DNA of 64,000 bases from Candidatus Sumerlaeaceae bacterium. GTDB taxonomy: Bacteria > Sumerlaeota > Sumerlaeia > Sumerlaeales > Sumerlaeaceae. Each line of letters begins with the position of its first letter. The stretch's first letter is position 1. Made by a program: the position numbers and the translations under genes. The stretch is taken from NCBI GenBank assembly GCA_019695055.1, contig JAIBAT010000028.1, positions 10,420 through 74,419 of the forward strand, written 5' to 3'. The notes beneath the pieces were generated by a model. The model had not been told where the DNA came from and did not search any database. It saw nothing but the letters and a program-made list of their open reading frames with translations. Of the stretch, positions 8,943 to 19,490 are shown piece by piece.

Positions 8943-11174
8943 ATGCAGATGGTATCGCTGAAAGTTCTAACCACCCGTTGCCTGATTCTCGGCTGTTGCC
9001 TCGCGTTTCTTGGCACAGTGCTGTCAGCAAACGCGGCCGAGGCGGACCTAAACGTAAAGTCCACGCGCGGCGCCTCCAGCAAGTATATGAGCTCCCTCAA
9101 CGGCGGCGAGCCAGTACAGCAGCTCGTGCAACCGTCGCGACGGATTGAGGCTTCCGCTGCGGAACACCCCCTGTTCAAGTCGCCCTACATTGGCGAGGAG
9201 GACCGCGTTGTCGCCACCACCAAGTACGGCAAGGTGACGGCCCGCGATCTCTACCTGTGGATCCTCGCAAGCGAATCGAAAACACCGGCCTTTATCCTCG
9301 AACAGTACGACAGGTCCAAACTCAAGACCGAGCGCGAGAAACTGGCAAAACGCATTCAGAAGGAAATCGAGGATTACGTCTTTACCAACTACGTGATTCC
9401 AAAACTCGTTGGCACACCGGAATGCACCATGAATGGCGCCTGGAAGGAATATGTGTATTCCCTTCCCGGTTACCAGCTGGCCTATTTACGCTGCATCGTG
9501 AAGCCGCTCGTCGTCATCCAGCCCGCTGACCTTATCAAGTACATGCAGGAGCACAAGGCCGAGGTGGCCAACACGACGCGCTGGCGCACACGATACATTT
9601 TCATAGAATCGGACGAGAAGGGCACCATCGAGGATCGCCTCGCTGCCGAGGAACAGGCAAAGGGCATCCGTGACCGTATCGCTTCGGGTGAAATCAGTTT
9701 TGCGGACGCTGCGAAGGAAAACTCCCAGGCCGCCAGCGCCGAAAATGGCGGCGAGATCCCCCCCTTCAAAAAGGGTGAGCTGTTCTTCCTATACGAAAAC
9801 GCCGCAGCCAGCCTGCAGCCGGGTGAAATCAGCGAGGTATTTCGCGGACCTAACGGTCTTTATATCGTCCAGTTGCTCGAAGTGCTGCCTGCCGAGGAGC
9901 CGACCCTCGATAACCCAGATCATGCAAAACGAGCCGAGGAGGCAGTGCTGTGCAAGACGCTCCGCGGTCAGTATGATTTTGAATCGGAACAACTTTTCAA
10001 GAAGCGCCTGATCGACATGCGCAACAATCGGTGGGATGAGCGCGCCTGCGATGAGCCCATCGGCCAGGTGGACAGCTTTAAGCTCGTGAAGCAGCAGTTC
10101 CAGGAACTTTTCCCCGAAATTGAGGATGAAAACCTTGTCCGCCGTGACGACCTGATCAGCCAGCACCTGCGGGCCATCCTCGAACGCGAGGCCATGGCCC
10201 AGGAAGTGCGCGAAGAAGGATGGGAACAGGATTGCGATTTGCAGCGCATGAAGACGATGGCCGCCAATCGCGTGAAGCGCGACTGCTTCCTGAATTCCTT
10301 GTACTGCAACCTGAAGGTGGACGAGGCAAAGGTCCGTTCGTTCTGGGCAAACAATCCGGAACTTTTTACGCCACTTATGATGAAGCGCGTCGTGAAGATT
10401 ACCCTGACCCCCACCAACCTCGCCCCCGAGCCAAAGCAATTGCAGGATGAATTGGCGACTGTCCTTGCCGATGCCACGGGTGGGGACGCGGTTACCATTC
10501 CGACGCCCTCCCCTGACGATGAAAAACCCAAGGCTGGGCAACCCAAGAAGGGTCCGCAGCGGCCCCAGGATAACCAGCCTGCAAAGTATGCGGTTCCTGG
10601 CTTCAAGGGTCGCGGCGGCGCGGGAGATCCAGAATCAGCCGCGGGCGGCGTGAAGAAGTCCTACAACACCGAGGATTCGGCGAAGTCTCCGGCGGTGGAA
10701 AACGGCGGCACCGGAAAGAGTGGCGATCTGAAATTGCAGCCGGGCCAACCGATGATTGGGATTGGCAATTCGGCCATGTTGCTGCCGCCAGCGCGCCGCC
10801 CCCTTGTGCCGCCGCTGCCGTTGACCTACTTCAAGCGGCTGGATCCCACAAAATTCCGCGAAACAGTCCTCAAGTATCAAAACGGCGACTACGTCTTGCG
10901 CTATGATGACTACGGGTTTATCTACCTCGAAGACCGCCCCGAGATCCCGAAAGGCGTGCGTCAGGTGCCTGTTGGCAGCTACAGTGCGCCGATACCGGCG
11001 GGCAACGCCGCTGTCAGCTACTACATCGAAGAAGGACGCAAGCTCGACAAACCCGGCTTTGCCGACGTGAAGACCTACGCCTACTCCGCGTATCGCCAGA
11101 TGACCGTCGATAAAGAATTCCAAAACGCCTATAAGGACGGCGTCGCGGGTGCGGACATCGAGTTCAAGTTTTAG
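8943..11174 (+). CDS. SurA/PpiD-like periplasmic chaperone with parvulin-type PPIase domain and long Pro/Gly-rich C-terminal extension
   Basis: Start moved to ATG 8943 (MQMVSLKVLTTRCLILGCCLAFLGTVLSANA signal peptide). Parvulin block ISFADAAKENSQAASAENGGEIPPFKKGELFFLYENAAASLQPGEISEVFRGPNGLYIVQLLE. Confidence 0.7.
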   Translation: MQMVSLKVLTTRCLILGCCLAFLGTVLSANAAEADLNVKSTRGASSKYMSSLNGGEPVQQLVQPSRRIEASAAEHPLFKSPYIGEEDRVVATTKYGKVTARDLYLWILASESKTPAFILEQYDRSKLKTEREKLAKRIQKEIEDYVFTNYVIPKLVGTPECTMNGAWKEYVYSLPGYQLAYLRCIVKPLVVIQPADLIKYMQEHKAEVANTTRWRTRYIFIESDEKGTIEDRLAAEEQAKGIRDRIASGEISFADAAKENSQAASAENGGEIPPFKKGELFFLYENAAASLQPGEISEVFRGPNGLYIVQLLEVLPAEEPTLDNPDHAKRAEEAVLCKTLRGQYDFESEQLFKKRLIDMRNNRWDERACDEPIGQVDSFKLVKQQFQELFPEIEDENLVRRDDLISQHLRAILEREAMAQEVREEGWEQDCDLQRMKTMAANRVKRDCFLNSLYCNLKVDEAKVRSFWANNPELFTPLMMKRVVKITLTPTNLAPEPKQLQDELATVLADATGGDAVTIPTPSPDDEKPKAGQPKKGPQRPQDNQPAKYAVPGFKGRGGAGDPESAAGGVKKSYNTEDSAKSPAVENGGTGKSGDLKLQPGQPMIGIGNSAMLLPPARRPLVPPLPLTYFKRLDPTKFRETVLKYQNGDYVLRYDDYGFIYLEDRPEIPKGVRQVPVGSYSAPIPAGNAAVSYYIEEGRKLDKPGFADVKTYAYSAYRQMTVDKEFQNAYKDGVAGADIEFKF

Positions 11175-12094
11175 TCTGCAACCGCCATCCGCGGATCAAT
11201 GATGGCGTATAGCACATCCACTACGACGTTGAAGCCGATGAGCAGGGCACTATAAAACAGCGTGACACCCATGATGACCGTGTAGTCGCGGTCATTGATG
11301 CTTGATACGAAGAATTTCCCAAGTCCCGGGATGCTGAAAATGTCTTCGACAACAAAGCTCCCGGTCAGCAACGCCGCAAGCAGCGGCCCCGCGTAGGTTA
11401 CTGCCGGCAGCATGGCATTGCGCAGTGCATGGCGAAAGAAGACGCCCGACGGTGGAAGCCCCTTGGCGCGAGCCGTCCGCACGTAGTCCTCGTCCAACAC
11501 TTGCAGCATGCTGGACCGCACCAGCCGAGCCACAAATGCCACTGGAAAACCCGCCAGCGCGACAGCAGGCAGCACCACCTGCCAGGGACTTTCGCCCCAC
11601 CCCGCAGCCGGTGCAATTTGCCAGCGATAGCTGAAGACGTATTGCAGGAGTGACGCAATAATGAAGCTCGGTGCCGACACTCCCAATACCGACGCCATCA
11701 TAAGCATACGATCCGTCAGTCGCGCCCGCCGAAGCGCCGCGGCCACGCCAAGCGGAACGCCTATACCAAACGCAATGAGGAACGCTGTCGCGCCCAGCAG
11801 GGCGGATTTGGGGAAACCGTCCTTGATAATATCGTTCGTAGTCCGTGCGTCGCTCGTGAAGGAGGGACCCAAGTCCAGTTTGGCCAGCCCGGCCATGTAA
11901 TCGGCGAATTGCCGCCACACGGGCTGATCCAGCTTGTAGCGGCGCAGGATGTTCGCCTCGACCGAAGGTGGCAGCGATCGCTCGCTGCTAAACGGACCTC
12001 CCGGTATGGAATGCATGAGGAAAAACGTGGCTGTGGCGATGACCAACAGCGTCGCCAGTGAAAACGCCACTCGCCGCCCTATGCGCGCCAGCAC
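11171..12094 (-). CDS. ABC transporter permease, DppB/OppB (peptide/nickel) family; no partner genes adjacent
   Basis: 307 aa, 6 TM segments, BPD-transporter EAA-like loop, N-terminal MLARIGRRVAFSLATLLVIATATFFLMHSIPGGP typical of DppB/OppB. Confidence 0.8.
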   Translation of the reverse strand: MLARIGRRVAFSLATLLVIATATFFLMHSIPGGPFSSERSLPPSVEANILRRYKLDQPVWRQFADYMAGLAKLDLGPSFTSDARTTNDIIKDGFPKSALLGATAFLIAFGIGVPLGVAAALRRARLTDRMLMMASVLGVSAPSFIIASLLQYVFSYRWQIAPAAGWGESPWQVVLPAVALAGFPVAFVARLVRSSMLQVLDEDYVRTARAKGLPPSGVFFRHALRNAMLPAVTYAGPLLAALLTGSFVVEDIFSIPGLGKFFVSSINDRDYTVIMGVTLFYSALLIGFNVVVDVLYAIIDPRMAVAD

Positions 12095-12103
12095 GGTCTG
12101 CCC

Positions 12104-13326
12104 CTAGTAGATCTCGTAGTCAGACACAGCCGAGGTCTCGGTGAGCCGGTAGATTGTGCTGTTGGTCACATCGGAATCCGTGTATTGACAAACATAAAGC
12201 TGGCCATCCTCATCCTGCCCAAAGGAGGAAATGAGATAAGGAGTGTCTAACAGGGTGCTTCGGCTGAAAACTCCGGGGGAGGTCTCCGTGAGCATGAAAA
12301 TGACACCGGAGCAATAATCCGCAAAAATGTATTTCCCATTCAACAATGGGTACTTGGTGCCCCGATAGACATATCCTCCGGTGATGCTGCAATGCCCGGG
12401 CGATTCGCTGTGGGTGTAGGTGGCTATGGGCATCGTGAGGCCTGCTGACGAACACCCCACCGACGGGTTGTAGCAGGCGTTCCCCTCCATAATGCGCCAG
12501 CCCATGTTGTTTCCCAACCCGACAATATCCACTTCCTCGACCGTGCCCTGGCCCACATCGGCAACAAACAGGCGATTGCTGCCGCCGGGACGGCTGTCGA
12601 AGGAAAATCGCCAGGGATTGCGAAGGCCATAGGCATAAATCTCGTCAGCGCCAGCGACGCCCACAAACGGGTTGGTCGCGGGAACACCGTAAGGGGTGGA
12701 GGTCGTACTGTCCACGTCGAGACGAAGCATCTTGCCGAGCAGCACGCTTGTGTTTTGGGCGTTATTAGAGGTGTCGCCAGCCCCCCCGCCATCGCCGGTG
12801 CCGGCATAGAGATAGCCGTCCGGCCCAAACGCCATGCAACCACCGTTGTGGTTGGTGTTGGTGGGATGCGCTATAGTGATGATGGTGGTCGTTGCCGTAT
12901 CCGCAACATCCGGATTACTGGCGTTCTGTCGGTACTCCGCAATTCGCAGATCCCCGCTTGTTACGACGGTGTAATAAACAAAGAAACGCCGGTTGGTGGA
13001 AAACTGGGGGTGAAACGCAATTCCAAGCAGGCCCCGCTCACTGCCGGCACTGGAACTCGTTGAAATCAACGCACTAACATCCAGATAAGGAGTGCCCAAC
13101 AAGGACCCTGTAAGCGGTCCTGTTTTCTTCCAAATCAGAATCTTGCCGGTTCTCTTCTCCAGTATGAAGAGCCTGTTGGAGCCGTCGCCGGCGGGACCAC
13201 ACCACACGGGCCTGTTTACTCCCGTGATCATGGACGTGAGAACAATGGTTTGGGCTTGCGAGCTTGAAACCAAAGCCGGCAGGAGCATCGCTCCAACCGT
13301 GAGGAAGCGTAACAGGTTTTTCATGA
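12104..13326 (-). CDS. PQQ-dependent soluble sugar (glucose/sorbosone) dehydrogenase-like beta-propeller protein, secreted
   Basis: Start set at internal ATG 13324-13326 (MKNLLRFLTVGAMLLPALVSSSQAQ signal peptide). Motifs GLLGIAFHP and YAYGLRNPWRFSFD typical of the sGDH family. Confidence 0.7.
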
Positions 13327-13518
13327 CAATTCCTTCCACGAATCCATGACCGCGCGACCGGATAATTGGTCGGCCGATTGCCCGGACATGGATGCGATTG
13401 GCGAGTAATATGCTTGAGGCACCGCCTACTATAGTCGGATGCAAGGCTATGGCAAGTGGATTGTCGTCCGAACGGGAACATCTCGAATTGGGTTGATTGA
13501 ACCTGTAACCGCCACGCT

Positions 13519-14352
13519 ATGCTCCTGACCATGGCCTACGAAGAAATCAGCGACCCTTTTCAGCGCCTTGTGCGCATTATGACGAGGCTGCAGGAGCCCG
13601 GCGGCTGCCCTTGGGATTTGGAGCAGACCCACGAGTCCCTTAAACCCTACATGATCGAGGAGTGCTATGAAGCACTCGATGCGATTGACCGGGAGGACTA
13701 CACGGACCTCACCGAGGAACTCGGTGACGTCCTGCTACAGGTGCTTTTCCATTCCGTTCTGGCCGCGCGATTTGGGCGCTTCCAGATTGATGACGTCATT
13801 AACACCGCTGCCAACAAGATGGTGGGGCGCCATCCCCATGTCTTTGGTGATGTTGAAGCGCGAACGGCGGGGGAGGTCCTCCAAAACTGGGAGCGGTTAA
13901 AAGCCGCCGAGCGGGCAGGTAAAGGCACGGACAACACGAAGACGGAAGCACCACCGTCAATTCTGTCCGGTGTGCCGACGGCTCTGCCTGCGCTGCTAAA
14001 GGCGCAGCGCATCCAAGAGAAGGCAGCGCGGGTTGGATTCGAGTGGGAGAATCCGTTTCAGGTGCTCGACAAGGTCGAGGAAGAGGTGAAAGAACTGCGA
14101 GCGGCACTCGCGAATAACGATTCAGTTCACGCAAGAGAGGAGATTGGAGACCTGATTTTCTCCATCGCAAACCTGGCGCGCTTTCTAAAAATTGATGCCG
14201 AAGAATCCGTGCGCCAAACTGGCGAGAAATTTCGCCAGCGCTTCCAACATATCGAAAAGCGTGTTCACGAACTGGGGCAGAACCTGCAGGACATGAGCCT
14301 TGATGAGCTTATGGGGCTTTGGGTGGAAGCGAAGGAGAGAACGACAGGTTAG
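13519..14352 (+). CDS. mazG: Nucleoside triphosphate pyrophosphohydrolase MazG (tandem MazG domains)
   Basis: PGGCPWDLEQTHESLKPYMIEECYEALDAI…EELGDVLLQVLFH and second-repeat EEIGDLIFSIANLARF. Confidence 0.9.
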   Translation: MLLTMAYEEISDPFQRLVRIMTRLQEPGGCPWDLEQTHESLKPYMIEECYEALDAIDREDYTDLTEELGDVLLQVLFHSVLAARFGRFQIDDVINTAANKMVGRHPHVFGDVEARTAGEVLQNWERLKAAERAGKGTDNTKTEAPPSILSGVPTALPALLKAQRIQEKAARVGFEWENPFQVLDKVEEEVKELRAALANNDSVHAREEIGDLIFSIANLARFLKIDAEESVRQTGEKFRQRFQHIEKRVHELGQNLQDMSLDELMGLWVEAKERTTG

Positions 14353-14471
14353 GTGCCGGAAGAATCTTGTCCACGGATTTCACAGATTCCGACGAATCAC
14401 ATTTTATGGCTGGGATCAGGGCGCCAATTGCGGGTTCCGCGCAAATCTGCGTAACCTATGGATTGGCCAGC

Positions 14472-15572
14472 CTAAGCCACCGGTGCTGCAAGACTCGTTC
14501 GTCGGGGCTGGTCGGTGTCGTCATAGAAGAAATTACGGCGCCGGGGCTCAAAGCCAGCGTCGCGCACCAGTCGCTCAATCTCCGGTCCATCCATGGAATA
14601 GGTGGTTCCCGCTGAACTGACCACATTTTCCTCGATCATTGTACTTCCCATGTCATTGCAGCCAAAAAACAGGCTCAACTGCCCGATCTTTTCGCCCTGC
14701 GTGACCCACGAGCTTTGGATGTTATCAATATTGTCGAGATAAAGCCGCGCGATGGCGGTCGTCTTAAGGTACTCGTGGCTGCCAACGGTCTCGCACTGCA
14801 GAGGCAGCTCCGGTGACTTCTGATAGGTCCAGTCAATGAACGCTGTGAACACACCCGTTTCGTCCTGCAAATCGCGGATCCGCTGCAAGTGCTCCACACG
14901 TTCTTCAAGAGTTTCAATGTGTCCCAGCATCATGGTGGCGCTGCCACGCAGGCCGATTTCGTGGCCCACGCGCATCACGGAAAGCCATTCGTCTGTAAGA
15001 ACCTTGTTCTTGGTGAGCGCCTTACGAACGCGGTCCACCAGAATCTCGCCGCCCCCGCCGGGAATCGAATCAAGCCCCGCTTCATAAAGCCGCGTCAGCA
15101 CGTCCTTCAGCGACATCTTGTTGATCTTGGCGAACCAGAAAATCTCAGGGGGCGAGAAGGCATGCAGGTGAATGCCAAACTTCTCCTTCAAGTGCCGCAG
15201 CATCTCCTCGTACCACTCGATCTTCAGGTTGGGATGTAAACCGCCCTGCAGCAGAATTTGGTGACCACCGAGGGCAATGGTCTCCTCCACCTTCCTGTCG
15301 ATTTCCTCGATGGGGAGGACATAAGCCTTTTCCTTATCCCAAGCCTTGGCATAAAAGCCGCAGAAATCGCAATCGGCTGCACAGACATTCGAGTAGTTGA
15401 TGTTGCGCTCTATAATGTACGTAACCACAGGCTCGGGATGCTTGCGTAAGCGCACCTCATGGGCCGCGGCGCCCAGGGCCGTCAAGTTGTTCGAACGAAA
15501 CAGCTCGAGGGCATCTTCATTGGTAAGGCGGCCGCCGTCCGCGGCCTTGGCAAGTATGTCGTTTACGTTCAT
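14472..15572 (-). CDS. Radical SAM enzyme of the futalosine (alternative menaquinone) pathway, MqnE/MqnC family
   Basis: CAADCDFCGFYA radical SAM cluster motif in MqnC/MqnE-like context; start set at MNVNDIL (15570-15572). The ORF-track ATG is 45 nt upstream. Confidence 0.75.
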   Translation of the reverse strand: MNVNDILAKAADGGRLTNEDALELFRSNNLTALGAAAHEVRLRKHPEPVVTYIIERNINYSNVCAADCDFCGFYAKAWDKEKAYVLPIEEIDRKVEETIALGGHQILLQGGLHPNLKIEWYEEMLRHLKEKFGIHLHAFSPPEIFWFAKINKMSLKDVLTRLYEAGLDSIPGGGGEILVDRVRKALTKNKVLTDEWLSVMRVGHEIGLRGSATMMLGHIETLEERVEHLQRIRDLQDETGVFTAFIDWTYQKSPELPLQCETVGSHEYLKTTAIARLYLDNIDNIQSSWVTQGEKIGQLSLFFGCNDMGSTMIEENVVSSAGTTYSMDGPEIERLVRDAGFEPRRRNFFYDDTDQPRRTSLAAPVA

Positions 15573-15617
15573 GGTTCTGGATATCGAAGGTTCATATACC
15601 GCGCTGGCACGCTGCAT

Positions 15618-16730
15618 TCATGGGCGCCCGGCCACCCGAATCACCGCTTTCGGCACACGCTGGGCCTCAACGTCGGCCAGTGCCTCGGCCGCAAGCTCTA
15701 AGGGGTATTGCCAAGCTGCGAGCCTATGCCAGGGCACGCCTGCGCCGTGGCGCGCCATGGCCTGCACAGCGCCATGAAAATGGCTGTAGTCCGAACCCCA
15801 GCAACCACGTACATCGAGGTGCTTCCTGTTGATCATGGTGTGGGGATTGATCTCAACGTTGCCGCAGTCCGTGTACTGCCCCACGATTACATACGTTCCC
15901 TGATCGCGCGTTAGTGTCATACCCTCAGGAATGGCCGCAGGGTTCCCGGTTGCCTCGATGGTGACGTCGGTACCGCGACCTCCGGTCATATCGCGAATGC
16001 GACGCGTGCGCTCTTCGGCGGTTGTCGCCGTCAATGAAATCGTCTCGTCCGCTCCCATGGCCTTTGCAAGGGTCAACCGGTCAGCGGGAGCGCCAATGAC
16101 GATGATCGTCCCGGCTCCCGAAATCCGCGCGAAGGCAACCGCGCTCAGGCCAACCGGTCCGCTTCCCTGCACGAGAACGGCGTCATTCATGCGAATTCCA
16201 GCCCGCTGCACCGCGTGAAACGCCGTCGGCGCACCGCATCCGCCGCCGATAAAAGTTTCGGGGGAGAGTTTCTCCGGAATACGGATCGTCTTGACGCCCG
16301 GCTTCAGATAAACTCGCTCACTCCACCCTCCAAGCAGCCCGTCGCACGAAGAATAAGTTATACCGTAAACCTTGCGGCTTGGACACCGCGTCGCTGCCTT
16401 GGCAACGAGACAGTAATAACAGTTTCCGCAGGTTTCGTGCACATCGAGAAACGTCACCATGTCGCCCGGAGAAAAAGCATTACCCTCCATATCGGTAACG
16501 CTACCCGAAATCTCCATAATGCGACCGATACTCACATGGCCCGGAATAATCGGGTAAGGCACCCCTGCCAGTCGCCCGTGGCTAAGATGCACGTCCGTCC
16601 CGCACACTTCCGCAAATAGCGGCTCCATGAGCATCGCTCCGGGCTCGAGTGTCGGCGCGTCGTACTCCGTCAGGGCGACCGGTGTACCGGGACCTTCCAT
16701 CACGGCGGCACGATAGCGTACCGGAGTCAA
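15618..16730 (-). CDS. Zinc-dependent medium-chain alcohol/polyol dehydrogenase (threonine/sorbitol DH-like)
   Basis: GHVSIGRI…, CGNCYYC structural-Zn loop, Rossmann GSGPVGL. Confidence 0.8.
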   Translation of the reverse strand: MTPVRYRAAVMEGPGTPVALTEYDAPTLEPGAMLMEPLFAEVCGTDVHLSHGRLAGVPYPIIPGHVSIGRIMEISGSVTDMEGNAFSPGDMVTFLDVHETCGNCYYCLVAKAATRCPSRKVYGITYSSCDGLLGGWSERVYLKPGVKTIRIPEKLSPETFIGGGCGAPTAFHAVQRAGIRMNDAVLVQGSGPVGLSAVAFARISGAGTIIVIGAPADRLTLAKAMGADETISLTATTAEERTRRIRDMTGGRGTDVTIEATGNPAAIPEGMTLTRDQGTYVIVGQYTDCGNVEINPHTMINRKHLDVRGCWGSDYSHFHGAVQAMARHGAGVPWHRLAAWQYPLELAAEALADVEAQRVPKAVIRVAGRP

Positions 16731-16829
16731 AGAGCTGCCATCCAGACAATCATAACGCGATGGTCAAATTGCGATTGGCGACTGGCAACAGGGAAAACGC
16801 ATACAGTGTTGGCCAACAACAACCGAAGT

Positions 16830-17384
16830 CTACTTGCCGATGCCCTTTAGGGCCCCGGTTGTTTCAAACAGGCGCTTGAGCAGACCTTCGACCGCCTTTG
16901 CCGCAATTTCATTGGTGAAGTTGCCCTGGGCGTCAAAGGCATCCTGGATTCGAGGCACATAGACAAAAGGCGTCGGGACCACGATAACATTCAAGATGAC
17001 GAGGATCTGGCGCAGGTGGGCCTGGGCCAGGACGGTCCCGAATGCTCCGACAGTGCCACCCATGATGGCCGCAACCTTGCCGCTCCACTTGTTACCACTC
17101 GTGGAAGCCCAGTCGATGGCGTTCTTCAGCACACCGGAAATGGAATTATTGTACTCCGGGGTGACGATGACAACGGCATCGGCCCACTCCACAGCTTCGC
17201 GAAATTTCGCCACCGCCGGGGGAAAACCCGCCGCCTCCACGTCCGCATTGTAAACTGGCAGGTCAATCAGGTCATGGATCCGGATGTCCTCGCCCAGTGA
17301 CTTCGCAACTCCGGCCGCGTGGGCCAGCAGCTTCTTGTTGTAGGAATCCTTGCGCAAACTTCCGGCGATGCCGAGGATGTTCAT
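16830..17384 (-). CDS. NAD(P)H-dependent FMN reductase (flavodoxin-like fold)
   Basis: MNILGIAGSLRKDSYNKKLL…VVIVTPEYNNSISGVLKNAIDW (FMN_red family signature). Confidence 0.85.
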   Translation of the reverse strand: MNILGIAGSLRKDSYNKKLLAHAAGVAKSLGEDIRIHDLIDLPVYNADVEAAGFPPAVAKFREAVEWADAVVIVTPEYNNSISGVLKNAIDWASTSGNKWSGKVAAIMGGTVGAFGTVLAQAHLRQILVILNVIVVPTPFVYVPRIQDAFDAQGNFTNEIAAKAVEGLLKRLFETTGALKGIGK

Positions 17385-17437
17385 GGGGGGAGTCTCCTTC
17401 GGTGATGTAGGTACCGCGCCCCAGGGGGCGCATGGTG

Positions 17438-18318
17438 TCAGTAAATAATCTTGTTGAGAGGGTATTCGATGATGCCCGTGGCTCCAGCACGCTTTAAGTC
17501 GGGAATCAATCGCTTAACGAGCTTCTCCTCAATGATCGTTTCAAGAGCCACCCATTTGGGGTCGTGCAGACTTGAGACCGTAGGCGATGTCAGTGCTGGC
17601 AGTACTCTTAACAGCGTATCGAGTTTCCTACGCTCAACGTTCATCTTCAACCCGACCTTCCCCTCGGCCTCAATGGCGGCGGACAGCAGCATGGCAATGC
17701 TTTCAATCTTCTGCTTCTTCCAAGGGTCCTTCATGGCCTTGGGGTTTGCAATCAGCTTGGTCCACGATTCGAGGACCGTGTCGAGAATGCGGTACTTGTT
17801 TGCGCGCAGCGAACTGCCGGTTTCCGTGACCTCGACAATGGCGTCGCACAGGTCGGGGGCCTTTGCTTCCGTGGCACCCCAGCTGAATTCGACCTCGGCC
17901 TTGACCTTGTGTCTTGCCAGGTAGTCACGGGTGATATTTACAACCTCGGTGGCAATCCGCTTGCCACGCAAATCCTTGACCGACTTAAACGGGCTGGATT
18001 CGGGGACCGCCAGCACCCAGCGCACGGGGCGCATGGATTGTTTCGCGTAAACAAGGTCGGCCACCTCGACGACTTTGGAGCGATTTTCGGCGATCCAATC
18101 GAGCCCGGTCAGGCCGACATCGAAGATTCCCTCCTCGACATAGCGCGACATTTCCTGCGCCCGAATCAGCAACCCGGTAATTTCGTCATCATCACATGAG
18201 GCCGAATAGGAACGCGTCCCAACGGCAAAATTGAATCCGGCCTTGCGAAACAATGCCAGTGTGGAATCCTGCAAGCTGCCCTTCGGCAGGCCGATTTTCA
18301 GGATGTTTTGCGAATCAT
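17438..18318 (-). CDS. hisG: ATP phosphoribosyltransferase, long form (HisG); N-terminal start/frame ambiguous
   Basis: HisG body [10 protein letters not shown]…, C-terminal regulatory domain. Conserved N-terminal [19 protein letters not shown] is in frame upstream of the ORF-track start (TTG 18272-18274), but the only ATG (18316-18318, ATGA overlap with the upstream stop) is in the +1 frame. Confidence 0.8.
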
Positions 18319-19490
18319 TTCGTTTTGTTGCCAGGGGACTCCTCCGTAGCCACTTTGCCTTTGATCGTCACCGGCGTACCTATTCGAACAAGCGCATATA
18401 ATTCCTCAACGTCGGCATTCGTCATGGCTATGTAACCATTCGTAATTGGCTTGCCCAGCACCTCGGGGGTCGCCCCGCCATGGATTCCGAGGTCCTTGGA
18501 AATCTCAATCCAGCGGTCGCCGAGGGGATTTGCCGGGTCGCTTGCCTTGACGACACTGTTGGACTCCAGGTTGGTGAAATCCCTCCCCTTTTCCGATTTA
18601 ATGGTAATCTTGTAATCCTTGGCGGGAATCCGCGCGTCTGTCTTATTGATAGCTATCTTGTACTTCTTGAAGAAGTTCGGCCCGTTTCGGACGATAAGCA
18701 CGCGTTTCGTCTTGTCCACCACGATGGAGATGTCCAGCCGCGGAATCTTGATTTCCGACCCCACGCTCAATGCCTTGGGGTTGATCCCGTTAATGCCGAC
18801 GATCAGATCAATGGGCGCCTTGAATTGCCGCTCCAACTTCCAAAGGTTATCGCCCTTTTTGATGATATAGGTCTCGACGTCCGCACCGCCCTCTCCGGAT
18901 TTGAGCGCCTTCATGTTCATGTCGCCGAGAATGAACTCGGCTTCGTCCCGCGCCGGTGAGTCCTTGCGCTTCAGTACCACGTCCAGGTTCTTGCGCGCCT
19001 GCGGAATGTCGCCGGCATCAAAGCTGATCTTCGCCAGATAATAGAGTGCGAAATCCACGGCGTCCGAGTCCGGGTAATTCTCGAGGATCTTCAGGCAGAT
19101 TTCCCTGGCTTCGGCGGGCTTCGCCGTGACCTCCATGGCATAGCGCGCCTGGTAAAGCATCGCGTCCGGCATGTAGTTGCTGCTGGCATACTTTGCCTGG
19201 ATTTTCTGGAACCATGGCATGGCCTGCGTCATGCGTCCCGAGCTGTAATAGGATTTTCCGAGCAAATAGGCCGACCGCGCCGTGCCGCCATCCTGCTCGA
19301 TGCGCTGGAGCAACTGGATCGCGTCGTCGTATTCGTTGAGGGCGATTTTCTCCTCGGCCTGGGTGGCGACCCGCTTCAACTTGCCAAGCTTGTTCTGCTG
19401 CATGATAAAAGACGCGCCGCCGGCCAGCGCCGCCGCCACAATGGCAAAAACCACAAGAATGACCATCAGCCGCTTCATCTTAACACCCAA
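18315..19490 (-). CDS. Membrane-anchored TPR + LysM + L,D-transpeptidase-fold (YkuD-like) protein; catalytic His/Cys replaced
   Basis: N-terminal TM segment; TPR-like helices; LysM ([25 protein letters not shown]…IKIP); YkuD-like C-terminus [43 protein letters not shown] where the canonical SHGC is TNGY. Confidence 0.65.
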   Translation of the reverse strand: MGVKMKRLMVILVVFAIVAAALAGGASFIMQQNKLGKLKRVATQAEEKIALNEYDDAIQLLQRIEQDGGTARSAYLLGKSYYSSGRMTQAMPWFQKIQAKYASSNYMPDAMLYQARYAMEVTAKPAEAREICLKILENYPDSDAVDFALYYLAKISFDAGDIPQARKNLDVVLKRKDSPARDEAEFILGDMNMKALKSGEGGADVETYIIKKGDNLWKLERQFKAPIDLIVGINGINPKALSVGSEIKIPRLDISIVVDKTKRVLIVRNGPNFFKKYKIAINKTDARIPAKDYKITIKSEKGRDFTNLESNSVVKASDPANPLGDRWIEISKDLGIHGGATPEVLGKPITNGYIAMTNADVEELYALVRIGTPVTIKGKVATEESPGNKTK

